Virus record (IMG/VR): IMGVR_UViG_3300041411_000080
Coordinates: 248,001 to 312,000 of that record
Reading direction: 5' to 3' (one strand)
DNA length: 64,000 nucleotides
Part shown: positions 47,533 through 55,877 of the stretch, piece after piece
Layout: each line of letters starts with the position of its first letter
How positions within the stretch are numbered: the stretch's first letter is position 1
Program-made: the position numbers and the translations under genes
The notes under the pieces: model-generated
Told to the model about the DNA's origin: nothing
Seen by the model: the letters and a program-made list of their open reading frames with translations, nothing else
Databases searched by the model: none

Positions 47533-49824
47533 ATGATCGAAACCATTATCAAACTGGACGGAACCGAAGAAGCCTTCAACGCCGCCAAGCCTAACCGCTG
47601 GATGGAATGGGGGGCTGAGAAACTTAAGGATAAGGTGGATTGGACTTCCATCGTAATGGAGGTAGCGGGTTCCTCCCCTAAGAAAGTAACTTCGCAAGTA
47701 TTCCAGATGTCTTTGATCGAACGTACATTGGCTGGTCGCACGTGGTCTCACTACATGTTGGCGGGTAAACTGTACGCAGCGTGGATTCACAAACACCTGT
47801 ATGGTTCTGACGGCATCCCTACCGTTAAAGCGTTGCACACTCGCATGCAACAAGACCGCTTGATGGTGAAACTGAATTACACCACCCAAGACTACATGAA
47901 GATCCAGAAGTTCATTAACCATGACCTGGACTTTGATCAACCACACTTCGCTCTTCACCAGATCCGCAAGAAATATGCTCTGGGTAACCGAGTTACAGGT
48001 AAAGAATATGAGTCGCCTCAATTTACGTACATGCGCATGGCAATGGCGCTTGCTGAGAACGAGCCTAAAGCAAACCGCATCCAAGTGGTTCGTGACTACT
48101 ACGAACTCTTTGCGCACAAGATGCTATCGGCACCTACCCCTAACTATATCAACCTCGGTACTGTACATCGGGGCTTCGCTAGCTGCTGCCTATTCGCATC
48201 TGGCGATAACGGTACTTCTCTGGCGATCGGGAACTTCATCGGCGACAAAATGACCCAGATGTCTGCGGGCATCGGCGTTAACATCATGACCCGATCCGTA
48301 GGCGATGCTGTACGTAACGGTCTGTTCCTGCACCACGGTAAGAAGAAGTATTACGATGCAATGGGTAAATCCATTGTGGCCAACATTCAAGCTGGTCGTG
48401 GTGGTGCTGTTACTTGCTTCTTTGAAGCATTCGATCAAGAAGTTGAGTTGATCCAAGCCCTGCGTAACCCACGTTCGACCGAAGACCGTCGTAACCGTGA
48501 TATGCACTTCGCTATGCTGGCTAACCGTCTGTTCGCTAAGAAAGCAGCTAAGGGTGAAGATATCTTCGCATTCAACCCGTACACTGCACCTGATCTGCAC
48601 GAAGCCTTCTACGGTAAAGACGTAGAACTGTTCGAAACACTTTACGCTAAATACGAAGCAGACGAGAAGTTCGTTAAGCATTACGCTTCGGCTCGTGAAG
48701 TTCTGAAGACCATGCTGAAAGAAGCTCAGGAAACTGGCGTAGCTTACGTGGGTCAGATTGACGAGATGAACCGTCACACCCCGTTCAAAGATCCTATCCG
48801 CAGTTCTAACCTGTGCATGGAAATCGCTGAGCCTACCGCTCCGTACTACGAGATGCCTGACCTGTTCTCTTCGGAAGACCATGGTCGTGGTGAGATCGCT
48901 ACTTGTTCGCTTGCAGCTGTATCGGTTGAGAACATCCCAGATCTGGCTACCTATAAGAAGGTTTGCTACTACGCTCTGAAGATGATCGACTACTGCATCC
49001 TGAATAGCTCTTACGTGTTCCCTCACTTGGAGTTCACCGCTAAGCAACGTATGAGTGCTGGCGTCGGTATCATGGGTCTGGCTACTCACCTGGCTAAGAA
49101 TGGTCTGAACTATACTTCGGACGCTGGTAAAGATGAGATGCACTTCATTGCTGAACGTCACATGTTCTGCTTGATCGAAGCTTCCCTGAAGATTTCGAAA
49201 GAACGTGGTCTGGCTCCATGGATGCATAAGACTCGCTGGCCTGAAGGTTGGTTGCCAATCGACACCTACAAGAAAGCTGTTGATACCATTAAGTCTGACG
49301 GTACTACATTCAGCAACCTGTTCAAGTGGGAAGACCTGCGCGCCCAGATCATCGAGAACGGCGGTATTGGTCACTCCGTACTGGCAGCTTACATGCCGGG
49401 TGAATCCAGCTCTAAAGCGCTTGGAGGAGCTAACAGCATCTATCCTGTACGTCGTCTGACTCTGTCTAAGAACGATCAGAACAATCACCTGTACTGGGCT
49501 GCTCCGTATGGTGATGATCCTGAAGTTAAGTACCAGTTCGCTTGGGATATTCCAACCAAGGACATGATCGACTGCTACGCTATCTTCCAGAAGTTCACAG
49601 ACCAAGCAATCTCTGCTGACCTGTATCGTCGTATCGTGGGTAACACCCAGATCGATATTAACGAACTGCTGAAAGAATACTTCTACATGGTTAAGATGGG
49701 GATGAAGTCTCGTTACTACTACAACACTGAAACCTCGTTGAACCTGTCGTTGGAAGCTATGGAATCTGCACACAGTAACATTACCGAAGACACTGACTGC
49801 GGTAGTGGTGCCTGCAAGATGTAA
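47533..49824 (+). CDS. nrdA: ribonucleotide reductase class Ia alpha subunit
   Basis: ESPQ..YMR, PTP, SCC, SNLCMEI, GVGIMGLA, YY, C-terminal CGSGAC. Confidence 0.95.
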   Translation: MIETIIKLDGTEEAFNAAKPNRWMEWGAEKLKDKVDWTSIVMEVAGSSPKKVTSQVFQMSLIERTLAGRTWSHYMLAGKLYAAWIHKHLYGSDGIPTVKALHTRMQQDRLMVKLNYTTQDYMKIQKFINHDLDFDQPHFALHQIRKKYALGNRVTGKEYESPQFTYMRMAMALAENEPKANRIQVVRDYYELFAHKMLSAPTPNYINLGTVHRGFASCCLFASGDNGTSLAIGNFIGDKMTQMSAGIGVNIMTRSVGDAVRNGLFLHHGKKKYYDAMGKSIVANIQAGRGGAVTCFFEAFDQEVELIQALRNPRSTEDRRNRDMHFAMLANRLFAKKAAKGEDIFAFNPYTAPDLHEAFYGKDVELFETLYAKYEADEKFVKHYASAREVLKTMLKEAQETGVAYVGQIDEMNRHTPFKDPIRSSNLCMEIAEPTAPYYEMPDLFSSEDHGRGEIATCSLAAVSVENIPDLATYKKVCYYALKMIDYCILNSSYVFPHLEFTAKQRMSAGVGIMGLATHLAKNGLNYTSDAGKDEMHFIAERHMFCLIEASLKISKERGLAPWMHKTRWPEGWLPIDTYKKAVDTIKSDGTTFSNLFKWEDLRAQIIENGGIGHSVLAAYMPGESSSKALGGANSIYPVRRLTLSKNDQNNHLYWAAPYGDDPEVKYQFAWDIPTKDMIDCYAIFQKFTDQAISADLYRRIVGNTQIDINELLKEYFYMVKMGMKSRYYYNTETSLNLSLEAMESAHSNITEDTDCGSGACKM

Positions 49825-49839
49825 ACAAAAAAAGAAACA

Positions 49840-49878
49840 ACATAAGACCCCTACCCGAAGGTAGGGGCTTTATGCCGT
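49840..49878. terminator. bidirectional hairpin terminator
   Basis: CATAAGACCCCTACC-CGAA-GGTAGGGG-CTTTATGCCG. Confidence 0.85.
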
Positions 49879-49883
49879 ATCAG

Positions 49884-50315
49884 TTATTCAACAATGCGGA
49901 GACTATCCTTATTGTTTTTGATCAGCATCCCGATCATCTGATCGAATGCCCCGACCACCATGGCACGTTCCATGATGAATGGTGTAACGCCACGCGCCAG
50001 CAGCGGAGCCACTTCTTTAAAGTAGTGCTCGGTGCCATCGACTTCAGCCAGCTCAGCTACGAGCTTGGTGAATTCACCGGTGGTATCGTATTCGTTGAAA
50101 GGACTTTCCCGGTTGGCCTTCATCAAGATGGCATGCCATGTTGGATAGTCAGGCTTTTCCTTGACCATTTCGATCATGGAGTCGTACATGTCCGCACTGA
50201 TTTGGCGCAGTGTACGGACGAGCGGAAGATCCTTTTCATCAAGGGCTTTCTGAATCAGCTTAGCACCGATGGCGCTTGCACGGTTGTTCAGATCGGCGAA
50301 GGCTTGAGCAGACAT
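49884..50315 (-). CDS. early helical protein, paralog family A
   Basis: AGGAG RBS; own early promoter; Y.TW...D.TG...L...DG pattern. Confidence 0.8.
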   Translation of the reverse strand: MSAQAFADLNNRASAIGAKLIQKALDEKDLPLVRTLRQISADMYDSMIEMVKEKPDYPTWHAILMKANRESPFNEYDTTGEFTKLVAELAEVDGTEHYFKEVAPLLARGVTPFIMERAMVVGAFDQMIGMLIKNNKDSLRIVE

Positions 50316-50368
50316 TGTGTAACTCCTGTAGATAAAGTTGAGGTGATATCCGTTTGAATATCACCTTT

Positions 50369-50396
50369 GTAATATAGCGTTTAAAACGATTCTAAT
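50369..50396 (-). promoter_or_regulatory. early promoter
   Basis: ATTAGAA-N13-TATATTAC, followed by hairpin 50341-50366. Confidence 0.8.
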
Positions 50397-50403
50397 GCAA
50401 GCT

Positions 50404-50856
50404 TTATTTCTGAGCGCGCTCACGCATCAGTTCGATAGCCTGATCCAGATTGTTCAGCTCATTGATGTAATGGGCACGTACTTCATCTACCGATACCACA
50501 CCGTAGAAAGGTGTCACGTAGGTGTCGTAGTACTTCTGTCCATCAAACTTAGCGAGCATATCCATAACCTGCAACAACACGCCAGTCTGATCGAACTTCA
50601 ACAATTCGATCTGGTGATTGGTGTAGTTACTGAAGCTGAACCACGTCAGGTAATCGTAACGCTTGCCGAGGATCTCCACGAGAGCATCACGGGAAGTTAC
50701 CACGTCTGCACGCAGCGCTTCCATGAAAGCTACATCGTTTGCACGGATAGCGGTATCCGACATCTCGGTACTGAAATGCATAACGAAGGACATCGCGTCC
50801 ATGTAGTTGTGAATGTCAGCAACGTTGGTAACTGGGGTATCGGTGAATTTGAACAT
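50404..50856 (-). CDS. early helical protein, paralog family A
   Basis: leader TTATCTACAGGAGTTACA shared with the 49884 gene. Confidence 0.8.
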   Translation of the reverse strand: MFKFTDTPVTNVADIHNYMDAMSFVMHFSTEMSDTAIRANDVAFMEALRADVVTSRDALVEILGKRYDYLTWFSFSNYTNHQIELLKFDQTGVLLQVMDMLAKFDGQKYYDTYVTPFYGVVSVDEVRAHYINELNNLDQAIELMRERAQK

Positions 50857-50943
50857 GTTGTAACTCCTGTAGATAACATTGACGGTAGCACTCACCATTG
50901 AGCACTACCTTTTAGTTACAGCGTTTTAGGCTGTGGGCGTAGT

Positions 50944-51393
50944 TTACTGCTTTTCTTCTGGTACCGCAATACCTTTTTCTTTGTCTTCCTCGGCCCAGAT
51001 CTCACACATCATTACATGCTGTTCCGCCAGCTCGAGGACGTCTTTATCCAGTTGTTCTAGGTTGAGGTACGGAACTACGATGGTATCGAAATACTCATGT
51101 AGGTCCAGATTGCTCAATTCGGTGTGCAGTGCCATCAACGCTGCCAGTTCGGATTCACTGAAGAATTCCTTACCACCGATGTTGGCACTGACGTCCAGGA
51201 AGTAATCGCGCCATGCATCAAAGGTAATACCTTCTTTGACCATATCACGAATCTTGGCAACAACCTCACTACCACGAGTCATGGCGGCGAGCATGAAATC
51301 ACGCTCTTTATCGGTGCCCATCAGTTCAGCCATTTTAGAGCCGAAGATGTGACCGGACGCAGCACAGATTTCATTAACGCGTTGAGCAGTCAT
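50944..51393 (-). CDS. early helical protein, probable paralog family A
   Basis: MVKE...F.AW...L...D...YFDT.V.P. Confidence 0.75.
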   Translation of the reverse strand: MTAQRVNEICAASGHIFGSKMAELMGTDKERDFMLAAMTRGSEVVAKIRDMVKEGITFDAWRDYFLDVSANIGGKEFFSESELAALMALHTELSNLDLHEYFDTIVVPYLNLEQLDKDVLELAEQHVMMCEIWAEEDKEKGIAVPEEKQ

Positions 51394-51413
51394 GTAACTT
51401 TCCTTCAAGGAGA

Positions 51414-51773
51414 TTAAATTGTGGTTTCGCCTTCGGTCATTGCTTGACCAAAGTACATCAACATCAGGCCGCCAGCAATAGCCAGTTCGTCACGATTGCA
51501 ATCACCGAATGCGTAACTGCGCACACCATTGAGATTAGTCAGCGAACGAATGGAACACCATTCGAAAGACAGACTTTTCTTACCGACGCGCATGTCGATC
51601 TTGTACTGACCTTTCTCACGATCGATTGGAATGACTTCGATCTGACGATCGTTTTCCCAGATGTTCATGGCTGGGATATCTTTACCGCATTCAACCCAGA
51701 CTTCACCCATCAGTTCGTTGATGATGGTCATGAGACCCTTTTCCATTGCATCTGTTACCGGACATATCGACAT
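51414..51773 (-). CDS. hypothetical protein
   Basis: 119-aa ORF in operon. Confidence 0.7.
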   Translation of the reverse strand: MSICPVTDAMEKGLMTIINELMGEVWVECGKDIPAMNIWENDRQIEVIPIDREKGQYKIDMRVGKKSLSFEWCSIRSLTNLNGVRSYAFGDCNRDELAIAGGLMLMYFGQAMTEGETTI

Positions 51774-51775
51774 TT

Positions 51776-52210
51776 TTAAAACTCGTATTTAGCTTTGATC
51801 CATGGGAAGTATTGATCGTAGGTACGGATAGGACCGACGACCGTAATAGCTTGAATGTTCTGACGACGACTGAGACGACTTACCGCCGCAACCGTACGTT
51901 GATCACGACGAATGATCCGAGCTGGAATGGCATGATAACCACTGACTGGCCAGCTCACGAACATGTCATTGTTTGCATCCACCTGAAAAGTGAAGAACGT
52001 GAACTTCTCAGGACTTTTAAGCTGTGCTCGACGTTTAGCCAGGAAACCAGCGATGCTATCGACGTAAGCTTTCATTGGCTCTTCGAGAATGACCTCTGCA
52101 TTGCAGTCAGTATCGACTGGCATTTGATCATCAGGGATAACCTGAACGGCCACGCCCTTACCGACCAGAGTCGTATCAAGGTGCAGACGATAATCAGGAT
52201 CAAGTTGCAT
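51776..52210 (-). CDS. hypothetical protein
   Basis: AAGGAG RBS. Confidence 0.75.
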   Translation of the reverse strand: MQLDPDYRLHLDTTLVGKGVAVQVIPDDQMPVDTDCNAEVILEEPMKAYVDSIAGFLAKRRAQLKSPEKFTFFTFQVDANNDMFVSWPVSGYHAIPARIIRRDQRTVAAVSRLSRRQNIQAITVVGPIRTYDQYFPWIKAKYEF

Positions 52211-52221
52211 GGTGCTACTCC

Positions 52222-52587
52222 TTATTTACAGAGATCGATTACACGGTCGACGTTAACGATCTTCGCTACACGCCACAGTTTGAAGTATTCACGAATGTGC
52301 TTCTTGGTGCAGTGGATCAGACCACCAAAGTGGACATCACCTACAATCACCACATTACAATTCTCACCGTCGCGCAATACCAGCTCCGAGAAGTTATCAT
52401 CTTCATCAAAGCGCAGTTCGAATTGCGGACGAACCAACTGTTCGAATTCAAAGATGATGTCGCCAGCGTTGGCACGTTCGACCATGTGGTTAATAATCCC
52501 TACGGCGTAGAGTGCAGCCTCATGGCTTTGCTTACCAGTGAACAGATCACGGGTAATACGTTTGATATCGAGTTTCTTCAGTTTCAT
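52222..52587 (-). CDS. hypothetical protein
   Basis: AAGGA RBS, first gene after early promoter. Confidence 0.75.
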   Translation of the reverse strand: MKLKKLDIKRITRDLFTGKQSHEAALYAVGIINHMVERANAGDIIFEFEQLVRPQFELRFDEDDNFSELVLRDGENCNVVIVGDVHFGGLIHCTKKHIREYFKLWRVAKIVNVDRVIDLCK

Positions 52588-52621
52588 TACAAAAGTCCTT
52601 TAAGGGTTATGATTCACAAAA

Positions 52622-52649
52622 GTAATATAGGCTTTAAACGGGTTCTAAT
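52622..52649 (-). promoter_or_regulatory. early promoter
   Basis: ATTAGAA-N13-TATATTAC. Confidence 0.8.
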
Positions 52650-52710
52650 ACAAAGATTACTCTGCAAGCGTATGTATTGTAGACAAACACACATCACTTA
52701 AAGGTCCATC

Positions 52711-53874
52711 ATGTCCAAAGTAGATCTCCCGATTAAAATCTTCAATGCTAACAAAACCGACTACGACTCCAAAGAGATCATTCTGGGTCAAGAACCGGGG
52801 CTGTTCGATTCGATCAACAATCACCACCCCGTACTCTTCAACCTTTATAAGCGTTTGAAGATGATGGACTGGGATGAGAACGAATTCCCTTATGCTGACT
52901 GCCTGCATGAGTTTGAGACTTGTGACCGTACGTCTTACGAGATGATGATCAAGACTCTGGCTTGGCAATGGGAAGCTGACGCTACTGCTTCACGTTCGAT
53001 CATTAACGTGTTGGCTCCAGTACTAACTGACTCGCGTGTATTCGCGGGCTACAGTCTGATCACCAGTAACGAATGTCTGCATGCTCTGACTTATTCGGAG
53101 ATCGTGCGTAACTCGTTTAAGAATCCTCAAGTGATTCTGGATGAGATCCTGAAAGTACAAGAAGCTCAAGAGCGTCTGGTAACTGTAGCTAAGGTAATGG
53201 GTGAAGCACACGACGCTTCTCATGCTTACGCTTGCGGCACTATCCCGAATGATCAAGCTCTGTACAACAAGATCTTCAAGTTCCTGCTGGCTCTGTACTA
53301 CCTTGAGCGTGTTCAGTTCATGGCATCGTTTGCTGTGACCTTCGCCTTCGGTAAGATGGGTCGCTTCCAACCGATCGTAATGGGCGTTCAGAAGATCGCT
53401 ATCGACGAGTTCGAAGTACACGCTCAGTTCGGTCAAGAAGTTATCAAGGCTCTGCTGAAAACAGAACGTGGCCGTCTGGCTTACGAACAAACCAAAGAAG
53501 AAGGCACTAAGCTGTTCTGGGAAGTTCTGATGTCGGAAGTTCGCTGGTTGATGTACCTGTTCTCTGAAGGTCGTGAGCTGCCGGGTGTAACGCTGAAGAA
53601 GATGATCCAATGGGTCCTGTTCAACGGTAATGCTGCTGGTACCTTCACTGGCCACAAAGACATGCTGACTGAAGAGCATGCCGCTGAGTTCTTGGCGATC
53701 ACTGGTTTCGAACTGGAATGGCCTGAGAAGAACCCACTCCCGTACATGACCGAATACCTCGATCTTGCTGCAAACCAAACCAGTCCTCAAGAAGTAGACA
53801 ATAACCAGTACATGGTTAACGCTCTGGACACTTCCAACGAACAAGCAGAATTCGAAGTCGACTTCCTCGATTAA
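52711..53874 (+). CDS. nrdB: ribonucleotide reductase class Ia beta subunit
   Basis: di-iron ligands D, ECLH..TYS (radical Tyr), LE..F..SF, IAIDE..H; C-terminal SPQE...Y. Confidence 0.95.
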   Translation: MSKVDLPIKIFNANKTDYDSKEIILGQEPGLFDSINNHHPVLFNLYKRLKMMDWDENEFPYADCLHEFETCDRTSYEMMIKTLAWQWEADATASRSIINVLAPVLTDSRVFAGYSLITSNECLHALTYSEIVRNSFKNPQVILDEILKVQEAQERLVTVAKVMGEAHDASHAYACGTIPNDQALYNKIFKFLLALYYLERVQFMASFAVTFAFGKMGRFQPIVMGVQKIAIDEFEVHAQFGQEVIKALLKTERGRLAYEQTKEEGTKLFWEVLMSEVRWLMYLFSEGRELPGVTLKKMIQWVLFNGNAAGTFTGHKDMLTEEHAAEFLAITGFELEWPEKNPLPYMTEYLDLAANQTSPQEVDNNQYMVNALDTSNEQAEFEVDFLD

Positions 53875-53875
53875 C

Positions 53876-53898
53876 ATACTTTCTTGTAATAGTATGTA
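53876..53898 (+). promoter_or_regulatory. promoter-like element shared with tRNA cluster
   Basis: ATACTTTCTTGTAATAGTATGTA, 21/24 identical to 61883-61906; contains late motif TATG. Confidence 0.7.
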
Positions 53899-54010
53899 AC
53901 GGAAGCGATAACGTTACTCCATTAGCTCCCTTGTGGAATGCATGATGGTTCTCCTTTAGTGTTGGTTTGTGGGTTGGTAAAGTTCCTCCCTTCGGGGAGG
54001 ACTTTATTTT
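53896..54010 (+). ncRNA. candidate anti-Shine-Dalgarno small RNA
   Basis: promoter-like element, two 5' hairpins, CTCC motifs, complementarity to nrdB/nrdA leaders, terminator, no plausible ORF. Confidence 0.6.
53979..54010 (+). terminator. hairpin terminator
   Basis: AAAGTTCCTCCC-TTCG-GGGAGGACTTT-ATTTT. Confidence 0.85.
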
Positions 54011-54034
54011 GCCTCGAGCTTTAAGGATTCAAAA

Positions 54035-54259
54035 ATGATTGTTATTAGCGAAGACCGATTAGCCCTACAGCAAGGAATCTATGACGATGTATTGTCAGAT
54101 ATCCTACCTGTGGTTAAGGCTAAGTGTAAAGGTGTTGCTCGGATCATAGTAGTCAAGCGAAAGCTTACTCCTACTGAAACTGAGTTCACTTGGATATTCA
54201 AAGGCACCAACAACGAAACCGAAGTTTACCATACATTCACAATTGAAGGAATGCAATAA
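54035..54259 (+). CDS. hypothetical protein
   Basis: AAGGA RBS. Confidence 0.7.
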   Translation: MIVISEDRLALQQGIYDDVLSDILPVVKAKCKGVARIIVVKRKLTPTETEFTWIFKGTNNETEVYHTFTIEGMQ

Positions 54260-54510
54260 TGACCCGTAATGAACAACTGATTAATACCATCCGTGACCTG
54301 CTGGGTGATGCCGACATTACATGGCAGGAACTGTTGCAGAAGATCCACACCAGCCACAGTGATATCAAACATGTCTATGGTATCCGTGACCATCAGGCAG
54401 ATATCTTGTCGTTGTCTATTAAGTGCAATGATCGTACCTTGATTACCTGTAACTTTGTACGTGAACCAATCGAACCGCCTCAAAGCTGGACGCTACCAGT
54501 CGAGCTGTAA
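54259..54510 (+). CDS. hypothetical protein
   Basis: TAATG coupling. Confidence 0.7.
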   Translation: MTRNEQLINTIRDLLGDADITWQELLQKIHTSHSDIKHVYGIRDHQADILSLSIKCNDRTLITCNFVREPIEPPQSWTLPVEL

Positions 54511-54516
54511 GACGAA

Positions 54517-54550
54517 ATAAACCCCTCCCGTTAAGGAGGGGCTTTATGAC
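54517..54550. terminator. bidirectional hairpin terminator
   Basis: ATAAACCCCTCC-CGTTAA-GGAGGGG-CTTTATGAC. Confidence 0.8.
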
Positions 54551-54551
54551 G

Positions 54552-55787
54552 TTATGGAACGAGTTCCAATACTGGACGCCAACCGTAACCGGAAGTCGGA
54601 GGAGTTGTATCACTAATAGCCCACGAAGTCTGGATACTAGTAAACCCTCGGGTCGTACCACCGTAAACATGCGTGAGAACACCTGGTCGTACAGCACCAT
54701 TTGCAACGCATAGGTCAGTGTTATTATAAGCTGCCCAGAAGTTGGTGTTAACAACAACGGTAGAGTTATCGTAAACCGAGTACATGTAACGGTTCCACTC
54801 GGCATCCGTCATCAGACGGCACTTGTAGTTCTTACCTCCGATAGTAACCAACTTACCATCCGCTGTGTTACTGATACCAGCAGCGTTAAGTACCGAGCGG
54901 TTAATACCATCGCGGAAACTCTTCTGCGCGATGTAGAGTTCTTTACCGTTCTCTACAAACTTCATCCACGCGCCAGCGCCGGATACTACAGTACCGACAG
55001 TCACGCCAGCTAAGGTCGACAGATCAGCTACGTTGATCAGTTCCTCGGGTTGTACCAGTCCTTTATACGGGGTTACTGGAACTGGCGGCGTGGTACCTTT
55101 CTCAACCAACATCGGACGCCAACCGTAGTACATCTCGGTATTGTTGTCACTAGTGTACCAAACACCCATGACGTTAGGAACGTTGTTAGTGATAGGGTAG
55201 CACAAACCACGAACAGCGTGTCCAGTATTGGTGACAATTTCCTTCATGTAGGACATGCCACCCGGTGGGAAAGTATTGATCGCCTGAGTTTCTGAGATAA
55301 GTGGGATACCCAACATCTTCTCAGTATAACTACCCCAGTTCTCACGAGTAGCTGGAAGTTGGTTAGCCCGTTCACCAGCATAAACGTTGTAGATGTAACG
55401 ATCCCAAGCACCGCCACCGTTAGCATTGGATGCAGCTAGGTTATTAGCTTTCATACCAGTCATGAATTCAACGAGGAATGTCTTCCCACCGATAATGATT
55501 TCTTTACCAGTCTGAGCTGTGTTAATAGCTGGCCATGTTAATGCAGCGCGTAGCGGTTTCTTGGCGATGTAGATATTGTATCCGTTGTCTTCAACAAAGT
55601 GTAGCCACCCGGCATCACTGTTAATAGATACACCAGCGGTTAAACCTATTTGGCTTGCTAACTGCGAACCGGTAATGAAGTTCTTAGCGCTCACCACCCC
55701 TTTAAATGGCGTCCCAGCCGGAAAGGGTAAATTACTGTCATCCGAAGCGGGGGCCTGATTTCCAGACACTAAGAGTTGTTCTAGCAT
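54552..55787 (-). CDS. virion/tail-fibre-like protein with two tandem domains each ending GWRP.L
   Basis: repeated W.[HK]F......YIA.K..R, I..GGK, W.RY.Y and YGWRP motifs. Confidence 0.7.
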   Translation of the reverse strand: MLEQLLVSGNQAPASDDSNLPFPAGTPFKGVVSAKNFITGSQLASQIGLTAGVSINSDAGWLHFVEDNGYNIYIAKKPLRAALTWPAINTAQTGKEIIIGGKTFLVEFMTGMKANNLAASNANGGGAWDRYIYNVYAGERANQLPATRENWGSYTEKMLGIPLISETQAINTFPPGGMSYMKEIVTNTGHAVRGLCYPITNNVPNVMGVWYTSDNNTEMYYGWRPMLVEKGTTPPVPVTPYKGLVQPEELINVADLSTLAGVTVGTVVSGAGAWMKFVENGKELYIAQKSFRDGINRSVLNAAGISNTADGKLVTIGGKNYKCRLMTDAEWNRYMYSVYDNSTVVVNTNFWAAYNNTDLCVANGAVRPGVLTHVYGGTTRGFTSIQTSWAISDTTPPTSGYGWRPVLELVP

Positions 55788-55877
55788 GATAGGTTTCCTG
55801 AGGATATTTATATAAGCATAGGATTAAGCCAATACCTACCCGATTATGATATGTTTAAGATTATCTTTGGAGCGAGT

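Noticed and set aside
47533-53874. Intron or intein in nrdA, nrdB, terL or the DNA polymerase
   Set aside because: All are uninterrupted, of normal length, with motifs in expected order; the nrdA-nrdB gap lies between genes.
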